Assembly: GCA_951406725.2 (NCBI GenBank)
Contig: OX597825.1
Coordinates: 35,154,001 to 35,218,000 of the forward strand
Direction of reading: 5' to 3'
Source: Octopus vulgaris
Lineage: Eukaryota
DNA: 64,000 nucleotides
A program made the translations under genes and the position numbers. The notes below the pieces were generated by a model. It had not been told where the DNA came from, made no database searches, and saw nothing but the letters and a program-made list of their open reading frames with translations. This document shows, one piece after another, positions 25,980 through 41,593 of this stretch; position 1 is the first letter of the stretch, and each line of letters starts with the position of its first letter.

Positions 25980-27621
25980 ACTGAGAGGCAAAAATGGAGG
26001 GAGAACGTAAAAGAAAAAAGAAACGGAGAGAGGACAACGTGTGTAGGGATAACGGTTCAAAGCACACACACACATATACACACATGTGTGTGTGTGTATG
26101 TTCGCACATACACCCACACATCTATATACACATATATGTATGTATGTAACATGCTTATGTTTCTTAAGGTCTATAGTTTGTTTTATCCACCAACTCAGGC
26201 CATGTGTATATTAGTAAGCGTGTCTGTGACTAATATTTTTGTTATTTCTTGGCGAATTTTGTTTGATATAGAATTAGAATCAACTGATCACACGCAGTAT
26301 ATTACTGGTTTTGGAAAACCGGTACGCTGTTGGAACTTGAACGTACACTAAAGGAATAAGTACTAAAATCGCGATGATGAATAATCGATGATTTTCGATT
26401 CAGTAAACATATGATTAAAAGAATGGCTTTCCAGCCATGACCAGTCAATAATTTTCTACGGGAATATGTACTCTGGAGCACATATGTCCCTTTTTTTAGA
26501 TGGTAGAATGTAGTTTGAGATTTTAGCACTTCCAAGCAGAAGCTCCCACATTTGCTCGTTTGCAATCATTCGTATTGTAAAAGTCCTTAGAATGGCAAGA
26601 TACAAGTAAAGGTGTTTTTGAGAAACACGAAGCCAGAGCTAAATCGTGATGTACACGTTGAACAGCGAGAACCAGAAGGTTGACATACACATCTGCCAAA
26701 CAAGAGCTAAAATCTTTTGTTTGATTCATTAGTCCGAAGTAGCTTTGGCTGAGGAAACGCAGCAAGGTCGAAACATCAAGTGTCCTAAAGTAACCTTACT
26801 CTTATGAATCGAGTGTGTTGAGAATACATAATCATCTAAAAAGAGAAGTTATTAACTAATGATGAAATACGACAGAGATTAACATTTTTACATTCAAATC
26901 TGCCAGAACGTATTAAGAATGAATATATGTCATCGTTCTGTTATAAGCAGGTAACTGCACGCATTAGCAAAATAATTTGTTTACTGAATGTATACATAAG
27001 AGCCAAACTCGTTAAATTCATTAGTGCGATGTAGCTTTGGCAATAAGGTCGAAACTTCGGGTGTAACAAAGTCCCCTTATTCCAAGGAATTGAGTATGTT
27101 ATGAACACACATTCGTCAAAATACAACAACGATTAACATTTTCAAACCGGCCAGAATGTATTAAGTACGTATCAGAGTTAATATTGAAAATTATACTCAA
27201 GAATGCCAGATATTTTAGGGAATAGTTGACACTATTACTGAGATGAAGCATCTGAAGAAACTTCAGTGATAAGAAAGTTGCTGTTTAACCCTAGCAGCCT
27301 GGTTGTATAAACCAATGATCGGAGATGTTCCAGCTATGGCCTTCAAATCGTTTTATCAGATAGTGTACTTTCAAGCTCATTATCTAATGCATCCTTCCTG
27401 CTTGAAACAAAGAAAATTTGGCTGCAAGTTTTAGCAAGTGGAACGACTACGTAAGACGCACTTTCGTAATACCGTGCAAGGCAAGGTAAAACAAATAATT
27501 GCGGACTTTTGTAAAATTGTATTATTTATTTAATATGATTTTATTTCATGTTGCATTTGATGAACAAGAACGTCATTTTTGTAGGTTTCTAACGGGCAAA
27601 AATTATTTACATTGCATTTAT

Positions 27622-27694
<73 letters not shown>

Positions 27695-28139
27695 GGAGAG
27701 AGAGACAGACAGACAGACAGAGACAGAGACAGAGCAAAAGAAACTGATAATGAGTGTCTGTGACTCTTCCATTCGAGCTCTGTCGACTCTCTCGTCATTG
27801 CTCTTCTCATCACTTATGTCAGAAACCAATTCCCCTGGCCCTCCAGTTCTTCCTAACCCAAAAGGTCAGTTCTAGCAATTTGCTCACTATTCATGCTTGT
27901 CCTATCGTCAACGAGTGCTGCCACAGCTTAGGCAGAGAGTTACTAGGATCAATCTCAACTGCCTTAGGAGAGAGTGGGAATTCTATGAAGGCCAGGATTA
28001 TTGATCTCTCTAGTAATTGGAAAAACCAAACACACACACACACACACACAGAAGTATCTTAGAGGGCATTCACTGAAAGACAGTGATTATTAGAAAATAT
28101 TAATTTTACATTATGCTACTGCCATTGGTTCATAGACAC

Positions 28140-28784
28140 GTGGGGGAGACAGAGAGATAGAAAGAGAGAGAGGAAATAGAGAGAAAAAGAAGAGATGGAA
28201 AGGGAACAAAAGTGAGAGAGAGGGGGAGAGAGGAGAGAGAAAGAGTGGAAGAAGAGAGAAGAGAGAGAATGAGGGAGGGAAAGGAGAGTAGTTGAAAGGA
28301 AAAGAGAGAAGGTGAATTGAAAGAGAGTTAGACAAAAACAGAGAAAAGATGATAAAAAGAGGGAAATAATTATAGAGAAAGAGAGGGAGAGAGAGCGAGA
28401 GAGAAGGAAAAGGAAAAGCTAAAGAAGCTATGAAAAGGAGATAAAGATAAAGATGATAACAGTAAGAGACAAAAGGGAGGAGATGAAGAAAGATAGCGGG
28501 AAAGAAGATGACTGTACAAGAGAGAGGAAGATAGAAAAGAGTAAGAGAGAGATAGTGGGAGAGAGAGAGAGAGAGAGAAAGAGAGACTGTCAGTTAGATA
28601 GGAAGAGGATGACTGTGTGAAAGAGAGAGAGGTTGACTGTAAAAGAGAGAGAAAAAGAAGGAAAGAGAACGCCTGTAAGAAAGCGAAAGAGAGAGAAAAG
28701 GGAGAAAGGGGATGACTGTAAGAGAGAGGAAAGTGAGAGTGACAGTGAGAGAGATAACTGTGTGAGAGAGGCAAAGAGACCGTC

Positions 28785-28835
<51 letters not shown>

Positions 28836-28935
28836 AAGAGAAAAGGGAGAAAGAGGATGATTGTAAGAGGGCGAGAGAGGGACAGAGATAGTGAGGGAGA
28901 GAGATGACTTTGTGAAAGGAGGAAAGAGAACGTCT

Positions 28936-28981
<46 letters not shown>

Positions 28982-29046
28982 AGAGAAAGAAGATGACTGT
29001 AAGAGGGCGAGAGAGTGAAAGAGAAAGGGGATGATTGTGTGTGTGT

Positions 29047-29089
<43 letters not shown>

Positions 29090-29090
29090 T
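28140..29090. repeat. Long GA-rich low-complexity tract with recurring gatgactgtaaga units
   Basis: Direct reading. Confidence 0.9.
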
Positions 29091-29951
29091 ATATCTATTA
29101 AGAAGAGAATGTGTGAGGAGAAAAGGGAAAAGTTGAAATTATTTGCATTAAGCATGATAAAAACGTGTGTTCGAAGATTGACATAAATAGAAGATTAAGA
29201 ACATCGATTAGTAGGTGTTATCTAAAGTCTGGTTAATCCGAAAATACTCTTTTGGCTCACATACACTTACATCCACTAACGCTTTTCATTTCCCTCTCAC
29301 ACACACACATACATGCATAAACATACCCACATACATGCATACTTATACACATACTAACATATATATACACACATACATACATATGCACACATACAAGCAT
29401 ACATATACACACATAGTCGTTCCATTCACCTTCATTGATGCTGACAATTTTGACTAATTATTATTGCTTGACACCAGCTCAATATTGATTGGCCTGTATC
29501 ATTGACGTGAAAATCCCTGAATTAAATAAAATCTGGATTTTGGGTGCTTTTAGTAGAGTAAAGTCTGTTGTAAGCATTTGGGTGAGGTTGCCGTTCGGTG
29601 GGTAGTGGGTAACTTCCTCTCACCAGTTTCTGAGACTCCGAAAAAGCAATGGGCACTGTTTGTCCTCTTTTGACTACCTACGTCATGACAAAATAAAATT
29701 AAGAAATAAACAATTCCGATTTTAGCACAAAACCAGACATTTTAGGGTGGTGGTGGAGGGCTTGTCAACACAAGGACTCCAGCATTCAATTGGTACTTAT
29801 TTTTCCGACATCGGCGGAATTTGAGCTCAGAGCCTAAAGAACCAGAAGAAATATCGCTAGGCATTTTGTTCAACGTGCTAACGATTCTGCCAGCTCGCCA
29901 CTTTAATGATAATAAATATAATACTATTTACAAACTGAGGAACATCTAGAT

Positions 29952-30430
29952 CAGCGTTTCCCAACCTATTTTCCCCTCAGGTCCCACTATAATTTTTTAA
30001 AAACATGTATGCCCCACCGGTGGTTGAAGAAAAACCAACTTTATTTTGAATATTTTATCACAATTATTTAATACCAAAGTATCTACCGGTAACTCTTTTA
30101 TTAAGCACTGAGTACAACAAAAATCATTGACTCAGAAAAAACAAAAGTGAATCACTTTACTGAAAACCTTGTGCCTGGCGACTACGGCAGATTTTCTTGA
30201 TTCGAGGAGACAATTTTGTTAACTTCAGCTGTAAATCGCCACGTTTTGTAATTTCAAGTTTGCTTCTGTTGGCTTGAAGCAAATCATCAACAGCACTTAA
30301 GTTACTTTCAACCAAACAAAACGTGGGAAAGTGAATCAAAAGCTCTTTTGGCGAAATGGTAATCTTACAGTATTTCATTTCAACTTCATCATATAACCAC
30401 CTGCTGGTAGTTTTCAGTTTGCACAAAGTA
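29952..30430 (-). mobile_element. hAT (Charlie/Buster-like) transposon 3' end remnant
   Basis: TIR cagcgtttcccaacct preceded by an atctagat target; C-terminal peptide LLIHFPTFCLVESNLSAV...RSKLEITKRGDLQLKLTKLSPRIKK...QAQG. Confidence 0.85.
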
Positions 30431-30621
30431 TTCACTGACTCTTGTGTATTCCCCGCGTTGGGAATCACTGAAGAGAATATAGTCGCATAAACGGTTCCCA
30501 ATAACTAACTTTACGTTATTGTCCTTGGAAGAATGAAAAGATAAGGCAACATCCGCAGGGTTTGTAATTAGGACATAAAAGGTTGTAGCTTCAATAACAC
30601 CTTCTACAGGTTATGTGTACA

Positions 30622-30866
30622 TAAGTGATTCTCAACCATTTTTTATCTATGGTTACCCTTTGATTCTCATTTTACTCTGGCGGAGCCCATAGCCATTCAG
30701 TGTTTAAAAAGTCCTATTGTATTTTTATTATTAAATATTAATAGGTATTTTAAAAAAGGTTAAAATATTTTGTGCATTGTAAAAGTATAAGCAATTCATT
30801 GCAGATAAATTTTACCCCAAATTCTTTTATGGGCTCCTCAAAGGTCATATGAACCACTGATCAACA
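30622..30866. mobile_element. hAT MITE related to 7312-7609
   Basis: Shared tcaaccattttttatctat, cccatagccattc and ttttatgg...catatg segments. Confidence 0.7.
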
Positions 30867-31480
30867 TTAATTCTCCGGTTTGACGATAACGTTTTAATTT
30901 CTTCCAGCAAGTTTTAGAGGGACCATTAGAAAACAGAGGGTTACATCCGCTGGTCTTTTCTCTTTGACTAATTTCTAAAAAAACAATGTCCGAAAGAAAA
31001 AAACCAGAGCAATGGCTGGAATGGTTTTAATCATAAGTCTGCTCATTTAGAGCTGACCTGGTGCTAAATAACAACGACGACAACCACAGTAACAGTCTTG
31101 AGTTACCTCTACGTTGGACGTTCAGCGTTGAAATTCCTGTGAACCATAGATCTACTCGATCAAGGCTAGCACAAAGCTAAAGAACAATAACGACAAAAGT
31201 GACGATGGCAGCGGCGGTGGTTGAGACGACGATTTGTATTTATTTTAATGATCCGAGAAAGATGAAGGCAAGGATTCTTCTTCTTCTTCTTCTTCTTCTT
31301 CTTCTTCTTCTTCTTCTTCTTCTTCTTCTTCTTCTTCTTTTCTTCTTCTTCTTCATCTTTTTCTTCTTTTTCTTCATCTTTTCCTTCTTTTTCTTTTTCT
31401 TCTCCTTCTTTTTCTTCTTTTTCTTCTTTTTTTTTCTATGCTACCTTTGAGTCAAAAATTTGAAATGATAATTATTAGAA

Positions 31481-31832
31481 GGCGGCGAACTGGCAGAATC
31501 GTTAGCACGCCGGGCGAAATGCTTAGCGGTATTTCGTCTGCCGCTACGTTCTGAGTTCAAATTCCGCCGAGGTCGACTTTGCCTTTCATCCTTTCGGGGT
31601 CGATTAAATAAGAACCAGTTACGCACAAGGGTCGATATAATCGACTTAATTCGTTTGTCTGTCCTTGTTTGTCCTCTCTGTGTTTAGCCCCTTGTGGGTG
31701 GTAAAGAAATAGGTATTTCGTCTGCTGCTACGCTCTAAGTCCAAATTCCCCCGAGATCGACTTTGCTTTTTGATAAGACAATAGCCCCCTCCTCCAAAAT
31801 TTCAGGCCTTGAGCCTAAAGTGGAAAGGATTA
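31481..31832 (+). mobile_element. SINE family B
   Basis: ggcggcgaactggcagaatcgttagc...gagttcaaattcc...gcctttcatcctttcggggtcgat. Confidence 0.92.
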
Positions 31833-32200
31833 TTATTATTTCAGTTTCAGATATTTAGTTACTAATTTTAGAAGGTCAAGCGACTGCGCAAGCTCCTTCG
31901 TTGGCGCCGACATTTCAGTTGCTTATGTAGTGGTGATACAACAATGAGGTGATGATACCACGCGAGTATGACCTAATAGCAACATTTAACCTCTCTTTCT
32001 CAATTATCCAGAGTATAAAAGTTCGGTATGTTATTTAAACGAAATTAATCCAACATAATCCATGCTGCACTCAGAGCCATATACTATAAATATATTACTT
32101 TGGTTTATATGTTACAAACATATTTAAATTTAGCCTGTCATATTAATGCACATTACTATGCGTGTGTGTGTGTGTGTGCGTGTGCGCACGCACGTGTAAA

Positions 32201-32440
32201 TGGAGGTACGTGGCTTAGTGGTTAGGGTGTTGTACTCATGATCAAAAGATTGTCGTTTCGATTCCTGGACTGAGAAATCTGTTGTATTCTTGAGCAATGC
32301 ACTTCATTTCACGTTGTTTCCATTCACGCGGCTGGCAAAAATGAGTAATTCTGCGAAGAACATGCGACCCATCCAACGAGGAATATATACGTCAAAGTAT
32401 CCGGGACACCAGCCTTATGAGCCGATGGATCGAGAAAGAC
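32201..32440 (+). mobile_element. tRNA-derived SINE family C
   Basis: A-box tggcttagtgg, B-box-like ttcgattcc, followed by cttgagcaatgcactt. Confidence 0.75.
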
Positions 32441-32816
32441 CTTTGATCATTTTGATATTTGTATTATAACAAGTTAATACTCACATTACTTTTATTGGGC
32501 TCAATCTGTGGCCATGCTGGGTCACCGAGTTCAAGGATTTAGGCGATTCTATTGACCCAAGTATTTACGAGATGCGTTCAAAAGGTATCTGATTTTAATT
32601 TTTCCCTGTCAAAACTAATATTGCATGGACAAAATCTTTGGGGTGGAAGGTGACATCACCCGTCCTGAGTAAGCATGGAAATTTTATTATTATTATCATT
32701 ATTATTATTATCCTACATTATACCGGCACAGCTCGATACAACCCCAAAAACTGCTGTTGCAAGTTCGTATCATTGAGCCGTAGCCGACATAATGAAATAG
32801 GGACGTGACTTAGAGG

Positions 32817-32847
<31 letters not shown>

Positions 32848-32850
32848 CAT

Positions 32851-32888
<38 letters not shown>

Positions 32889-35102
32889 GTTAATATAGAT
32901 ACAGACGCATAGGTATTCATATATGTGTGTGTATATGTCTGTGTGTATACATACATTTACACATATATTAGTTTTGTACAATCATGTTTAGTGTTCGTGT
33001 ATGCACGGACATGGAAAGACAACACGTTGCACAAGATGTCTCGAAAGAAACTCCCCTTACAGACAATACATCAACAGACAAAGATCCACGTGCCCCTGTG
33101 TCATTAAGCTCCATCTGCTTTGTATAACAAACCGGTATTCATTTCCAGTAAGAGCTGTTCGTTCTTATATTAGATTCGCAAATGGTACATTTGCTGATGA
33201 GCGAAAAGCTTTATGGGGATGGAATTAATTAATTAGAGGTGCATTAAGTCTGCGTTGAAGGAAATACATTTATGTACAGTCATATTGAACTTGTACGTGT
33301 ACACTCGGACATGGGAAAATAATACATTGTGAAAATTGTCTTGAAAGAGGAAATTCTCATGAGGCTTGTGAAGGTAGAAAACCCTGTCCACAACTTTCTT
33401 GAGACAATCAGATTTTTTCCTGAATGGCTTGTCGACTTTGGCGAACTGTTGACTCTTTAGATTATCTCATTTCCTCATTGGTCTCAATCACAGTAAAGTG
33501 GCTGTATTACTATTCCTGGAAGCGGAGATAATTTTAATCAATAACCTATTATAGTATTTAATGTACCCTTATTCGTTTTTGTTGGTCAAATATATGGTCA
33601 TAGACCACATTGAGTTATTTCTCTTATTTTCCTTTCATATATAATCTATAACTATGTTTAATTGCCAGATTATGTTTTTAGCAAATGAATCCAACATTAA
33701 ACACACGCTCAACATTTTATGCTGACTCTTTTTAGATATGCTACATAGCTTGTTAGATTTCATACAAGCCATAAAAACTATAGGTAATATAAAACAGTTT
33801 TTAACTCACAGTTGTAAGCAACTGTAACACTGTTTAATTGACAAGTGTTTTGTGAGATCATTGTGTTGAATTCAGTTTCTACTTTGGGGGCCATCATTGA
33901 AGTGCTGACAACTGATTTTGTTTAACAAATTCTATCAGTACTATTCCAAAACAGAACTCAATAAGGCACCGACGATGTATCCACGCGAGACAAGGAAAAG
34001 AAACTATGTTCCTTTTTGACCTGCTAGATATAATAAGATAATACTCGCTCTATCCAGGCACACTATAACATCTTAAAAATGGAAGGGTACAATTGGATAA
34101 TGTCAAGGTCAATTATGGAATCAGCGAAAACTAGTAAAGGTCTAGATCAATGACAAATGTTGTAGCTAATCAAGTTGGCTGTCAATAAGTTTTGTTGTTG
34201 TAAGGAGTGCAAAAAGTTGACGTATCTACCATTGACTAATGTAGTTTTATTTACATCATATCTGACACGGCAGGAACTTCTTTGACTATAGACCTGTTCT
34301 ATTAAGGATGTACCAAGAAATGAACTTATTAAGAATAATATTATCGACAGTCTTGAACCTTTATTGTAATCCGGTTCAAGTGTAATTTATTTGGTGGGTA
34401 AATCGATCCTATATATATAATTGATGAATAAATTATTTCCCAAACGGTTCAGTATGGACAGTGGAACTTTTGGTTCTTATTAAAATTCTCTAACTACGAT
34501 GAGACTGATCCTATCAATCATCTTTCCTTTGGTTAAATCTGTAAACCTCATTTATTTTATAATATTTATCTTGACATTTCTATTTTCAGATTACAACTTA
34601 TCTGAACAAAAGAAGAAAAATAAAAACTTCCACAAAATAGATTTCAAAGCTAATATCTAACCAATGAAGAGAATCTACATTCTAATTAGTGTGTGTGTGT
34701 GTGCGTGTGTATGTGGGATGGTGGCGGGAGAAGAGGGAATGTAGAAAAAATGCTACTCAAGTTTTGCGCTTTCAAGATTATTTAATGCCAAGATTTTATC
34801 TTTTTCGGTGTATTTTACCAATTATTATCGAGCTAGCTGTGGTTTTCTTCTAAATTATTCACCTAACTGTATACGCACGCAGCTTAGCTTATCTGATGGT
34901 TATTGGATGTCTTTGATGAGAGTTCAATTACTGTTGATGCAAACATTCGTACCTAACAGGCGATTCTTCCCTTTGCTAGTGAGAAACCCGAATAAATTAA
35001 GGCTAGGCCTCATCTGCATCGATTTTTCAAGTCAGATTCTGATTCAGTCCTGCGGTATTTCGTCTGCCGTTACGTGTGTGTGTGTGTATGTATGTATGCA
35101 TA

Positions 35103-35140
<38 letters not shown>

Positions 35141-35566
35141 GTTCGGCAAATGAAACCGATAATATACCAGACTTTAAAAAAAGCGGTCGATGTTTTCAAC
35201 TGAAATTGTCCAAGGCGATGCTCCATCATGACTGCAGTTCAACGACTAAAACAAGTAAAAGATTAAAAACATGAAGATCAAATACAACAACAACAACAAC
35301 AATAGGGAATTTGTTGTCACAAACCCGGACATCTGATCAGGGTACATCAGTGCAGGGCAAATTCAATATTAACAGCAAGTCACGTAATTTAAACTGTGAA
35401 GAAACTATCATTAACGCAGACGATATCAATAGGACTTAAATACCGGAAGCACAAAAAAAGGAAGGCGATTGGACAATGAGTGGAAGAATTTCCGAAAGGA
35501 AACTTCCTTTCCGTGTTGTAACGTCAACATTGAAAATGTCATAAATAATGTTTCACTCAGTAGGTG

Positions 35567-35638
<72 letters not shown>

Positions 35639-35656
35639 CATACATACATACATACA

Positions 35657-35692
<36 letters not shown>

Positions 35693-36442
35693 TAATGTGT
35701 GTGCATTTGCGTGCACACGCAAACGTGCATACAAAAATACAGTTACAAATCACAAACAAGATTTTAAAGCAATTTTGAGTGGAACTGTACGTATATACGT
35801 ATGTATGTATATATGTATATGTGTATGTATATATATGTGTATGTATACATGTATTTATATCTGTATAGTCTTCTACTATATTGTAGGGCCGACCAAAGCC
35901 GTGTGTGTAGATATTTGAAGAATGTTTTGATGTATGAGAAAGCGAATTAATAGCACGCTATGTTTGCTAATTAGGTTGGATTCACAATTGAGTAATTCAA
36001 ACGTCTTTACCGGGCATAAATTACAATTGCACCGCCCCCCTTTATAAGGAAGAGCACTACCTATAATAGACCATAAACGAGTACAAAAATCTCACATAAT
36101 GAACTTAACTGGGTATAAATAAGTAAAACGAATGCCTAAGTTGTATAATTAACGATTTTCCCGCTTTCTTCTTAATTTACCTACAATGGAATATACTAAA
36201 TACTCTTTTCCTAACTAATTTCTAATCAAATCCTTAATTATTGCGTCTGACGTAATTAAGTTTAATTTTATTTAATTGAAGTCACTTTAACCGTACTAAA
36301 CCTGATATTTCTCGAAAGAATCATAAAGGTACCTATTAACTGATGAACTCAACAAAATGTTACTTTGCATCTTATTGGCATTCCTTTACTTTTTCCTCTA
36401 GTTTACAGACGTCTCTGCTGCAGACTAGCTAATAAATATAAT

Positions 36443-36980
36443 TATTAAATTGCAATAACATTACTGCTTTAGATTTCTGTTTGTATTTCTAGTCTTCCTT
36501 TTTGTTTACCGTTTTGGAAATTTGAACAAATTTTACCTCTCTTCATGCACATGATGATAGAGTATCAAGTAGAATAAAAATGAACATTTTTGACGCTTGC
36601 GCTTCTTCGCTTTCAGTCAAGATTTCAAAGCTTGCTGAAGACATTTGTGCTGCGTACGGAGCTGTTATTACTAAAAGAACTTCACACAAATGGCTTTCAT
36701 GCTTCAAGTAGGGGAAAGTCGACCTCGCAGACTCTCCTTATTCCGGTCGGCCTAATCAATTCATTGAGAACAGATTGAACCATCTCATCCAGGATCTACA
36801 TCAATTCACTCGAGAATTCAACCCACCAAATGGGAGACTCTCATGATACCGTCGCAAATCACCTTTATACAATGAGAAATTCAGCTGAAACGATCCGACC
36901 GACTACACGACGTGCTTCTTCGACACGACAATGCTTTCCACCACGTCGATAATTTGACCTGAGCTGTGATTTCTCAATGA
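36443..36980 (+). mobile_element. Internally deleted, degenerate mariner element
   Basis: Fragments EHF.RL.FFAF, DICAAYG, RTSHKWLSCFK, DLADSPYSGRP, later VLLRHDNA. Confidence 0.8.
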
Positions 36981-38451
36981 CATGAAGTCCCTATACGAAT
37001 GCTCAGATGTTTGTATTCGGGTAAATGACACTGATACATTGTAGGACTTCAGCAGGGGGACGTTTTGTCACCTCGCCTCTTCATAATTTTTATGAACTGG
37101 ATAGACATGCGCAACAGTTGTGAAAGTGATATCATAATCACACCGATATTTGCTACTTGGTTCATCAAGAGGTGATCTCCAGTATGCACTGCATGGGTTC
37201 GCTGCTGAGTGCTGCAAGTCAGAATGAGGTCTAATATAGACTCAATATTAAAAGATGATAAGTTTATTCCTCAATGTTTTTCAGGAAAGTTAACATACGG
37301 TATATTGATCAATTTGTTTTACATATTCTAATCATATAGAAATGCCTTCAGACGTGAGAATAAGCCATGTTTAACTAAATCCGAAGAAGAATATATTAAT
37401 TGGAGTACCATATTTAGCATAAAAAGTTAATGTCACATGTGCGGAAACTATTTTAACACTTTTACGATTGAAGTCATACAGTCGTTTTTGATTTGAATTT
37501 ATGCGTATACGATAAAAACCAATTATCACATTAGAAATACTGGAGAGGTAGGGCAAGCCCTGTTGTTCTGTACACCATGGCAACTAGAAAGTTTGATTTC
37601 TAATTCTTTTCCTTTTGCTCAGTTTGAAGAATCCTATTTTTTCCTGCGACATTCTAATTACATACCCGTAGGAACGGAGCTGTAAACTCTCAGAAGGTGC
37701 CTGAGGACTCTACCCTCCCGACTCTTCCAGGAATAGTGAATGGAGAAGAAAATGGATAGCTGTTCTGTGGATTGAATAATTTTTGAAGTTTTGTAGGAAG
37801 GTGTTTTGACATGGTAATAATGTTAAGGGTATTTTTAGTAAGCAAGAAGTGAATAAGTTAAAATGTGAGAAGATGAAAGAAGAGGAGTATGTAATGAATG
37901 AAAAGTTGAGAGAATGAAATGCGGTTTCGGAGAGTGATAAAAGGGGAAATGTAAGAAGCGGCGTGAAGTATGTGTTGTTTTGAAAGAGAGATGTTTGGTG
38001 CTATACAGAAGGTCGGAGAAAGAATGTAGTGTGAGCTACCCGGCGACGCCACACGATCACATATATGTATAGATATGCGGATAAAATAAAAGCACAGTAA
38101 TTCAGAAGAAGTGTGGGAATGTAGTGATCCTGGATTTTTCGATTTTACAACAAACACAGACACGCAGACACTAATGAAGACACTGAAAGCCATACACAAT
38201 AAATTATTTAAATGTCCTTCATGGAAGAGACGGAAAATAAAAACTTGGTGCCAATTATGCAAAGCCCTGAGTGATGAGATTCAATTTCAATAAATTAAGA
38301 ATAAACTGAATGCCGAGTTTAATGGACAATCTGAATTTTGTTTTGAAGGCGTAGGGCAGCTTTTAGCACTGAATTTCAGTTTGGTTTTGATCTTATTAGC
38401 ATAACATTTTCGTAAGTTTCATTCACCCCACTTACAATTCTCTCGCAAATG

Positions 38452-38575
<124 letters not shown>

Positions 38576-38726
38576 AATATATAAATATATATATGTAGAC
38601 TTATAGATATACAACATATGTTTATGCATGTGTATGTATGTATGTATGTATGTATGTATGTATGTATGTATGTATGTATGTATGTATGTATGTATGCATG
38701 TATGTATGTATGTAAGTATGTATATA

Positions 38727-39558
38727 CAGGGTGTGGTGAATATATTGTCGTCTAAATTACGCAAAGATGAAATAACACTGCGTCTTATTTTAACAGATGT
38801 ATTTACCAAAATTACATCCAAATATCTTGAAATACTAACGAGTAAATTTATTCAATAAAATCGCCATTGGCTTCAACAACGGCCTCCAGACGACTTCGGA
38901 ATCTACTGTAACTCTTCTTGACTGTCTCCTTGTTTAAGTTGGTGAATGTTGCCACAATCCTTGCCTTCAATTCATCTTTGGTATTATAAAGAGTTTTGCT
39001 GGACTCACGCTCAACTGCGCCCCACACATAACAATCAAGGGAGTTGCATTCTGGGATGTAAGAAGCTAGATGTTAGGGGTGATGTGGTCGCTGAAATTGT
39101 CTGATAATCATGACTGGGTTCTCCTGCTTGTGTGATATGATGCATAGTCCTGTTGCCAGACATAAGGTCTTCCAGCAGCCACACTCAAGAATGTAGCTGC
39201 TGGAAGATCCCGTGTGGGAAGATGAATGGGGACATAACGTCGCCATCACTCCAAATACCATAATGTTGACTGGATGTTTGATTTTTATAACTCTCGGTAG
39301 ATGTTTTGGGGACACGGCAAACCAACGGTTGTTCTGTGTGTTCACCATCTCTTCGTAGTGGAGCTTCCGGCGCAAATGACAAGCAGTACAGTATGTCGTT
39401 TCCAAATTTCTGGCAGAGTGAATTGCGCCATGGTGCTGTTTTTCTCACAGACGGTGCCCAACTGATCCTATTATACTGTGTAGTCGACAAAATCAAAAGC
39501 AAACCATGCACATGCGCGAAATTAAAAATATAAAATGGTGACAATTTACCCATCGCAT

Positions 39559-39562
<4 letters not shown>
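38727..39562 (-). mobile_element. Internally deleted Tc1/mariner element (maT/DD37D-like) with TIRs and TA flanks
   Basis: Ends TA|cagggtgtggtgaatatattgtc and gacaatttacccatcgcatccta|TA; minus peptides KHPVNIMVFGV and VAAGRPYVWQQD..YHTSRRTQS. Confidence 0.82.
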
Positions 39563-39619
<57 letters not shown>

Positions 39620-40556
39620 GTACGAGGTGGGGCTGAAGATATAGGACGATCAGTTAATTATCATTTTATTCAACATATTCCCCTCTCAGCACTCTTCCTC
39701 GGGGTAAAGTAGCTAAGTTGTCGTTGAGTGTTGTTCATTAGATGCTACAAACTCATGAGAGTAGACCCAGCTAATGAAACTCGTCATTTATACAATGTTA
39801 TAGTTCAGTTACACACAGTAGATCTCTTTATAAACCTTAGGTAAACTTTGTATACTTGATTTGTAATTAGTGCTGTGTACCTTGCATTGTATGAACTAAA
39901 AGAGAAGCCTCTATATAGTCGCTTAATGTCTTATAAATGGCAGCCAAATCTCCCTCACGCTATGCACTGATGTCTTACAAAAAAGAACACATTCGACAAT
40001 GAACGTAGTTTCGGATACGCTGGTCACGACAGCAGATCAAATTTGGCTGGTGACGGCTAAAAAAATTTTGATCATATTTCTACTTAAGCAGGATCAAGCA
40101 ACGACAATCTTACATATTAAGATCACCGAAACAGATTGGTTATTCAAACATGTAATGAAAGCATCACGACAACTCTGTTTATATCTCTCATGTCAATTGG
40201 ATTGACAGAAACAGAAACAGCCTTATTAGTCAACAATACTAACTAGTGTTTTCTGCGTTGTTTTTATAAATAAGGAAAGATATTCGTAAATCATAGAAAC
40301 TATTTGTAATCTTTGTGTTTTTATAACTTGGGCGTTATTTTGTTCCACTCCATCGTATCTTAAAATCATTTCTCATTATTTTGTGTATATTGACTGAAGA
40401 GGTGTTTATTTATTTACAGCACTTGCTTATATACATACATACATACGTACATACATACATAAATAGATACATACATACATACATACATACATACATACAT
40501 ACATACATACATACATACATACATACATACATACATGCATACATACATACACGCAC

Positions 40557-40624
<68 letters not shown>

Positions 40625-40806
40625 CACAAACATATGTGTACACACACTCACACACATATATATTTACACACAAATATATATATACTCACACATATATATA
40701 CTCACAAATATATATATATATATTTATATATATATACACACACAAACAGTTGTATACATACATACCTATACAAACATGCCTGTGTATCCTACACACAAAC
40801 ACACAC

Positions 40807-40869
<63 letters not shown>

Positions 40870-41389
40870 CACTACAATTTATTATCCTCGACAATGTGGT
40901 CGAAGATAACAAAAGGAGAGGAAGGTCATAGTTGATCATAGGTCAGCTTGATCCGAGTTGGCCAGGGGTTAAACAATAACAACAACGACACAAGGTAAGC
41001 ACATACCGAAGAGTATAATCATACAAGTGTGTGCACGTTCAACACGCACATACACAAACGAATACATGTATATGTAGGTATATATGGATGGATGGATGGA
41101 TGGTTGTACGTGTGTGAATGTGTAAGTGTAATTTGATCCTGTCGACTGATTCACTCTCTCTCTCTCACGCACACACACAGACACTTACACAGACATACAG
41201 ATGGTGATAACATTACGATGGAAATTATGTATAAAGAAAACCTAAAAAATTAATACTCACCTGTCAATAATAACAATGTTTTCCACTTAAAAAAATCAAG
41301 CAATCCACATTTGAAATCCGAAAAGGCTGCAGTGTTCTATATAATAATAATGATTATTGTTTGTGCTGTTGTTGTTGTTGTTTGTTTGT

Positions 41390-41492
<103 letters not shown>

Positions 41493-41562
41493 TATACAAA
41501 AAACGATCCAGCAACAGTTTTCTATTTCTAATACACACTCTCCACCATCGTCGTCATGATAC

Positions 41563-41593
<31 letters not shown>

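Noticed and set aside
32201-32280. tRNA gene
   Set aside because: A/B boxes are present, but there is no clean cloverleaf and it continues into a SINE body; the same applies to the other SINE heads.
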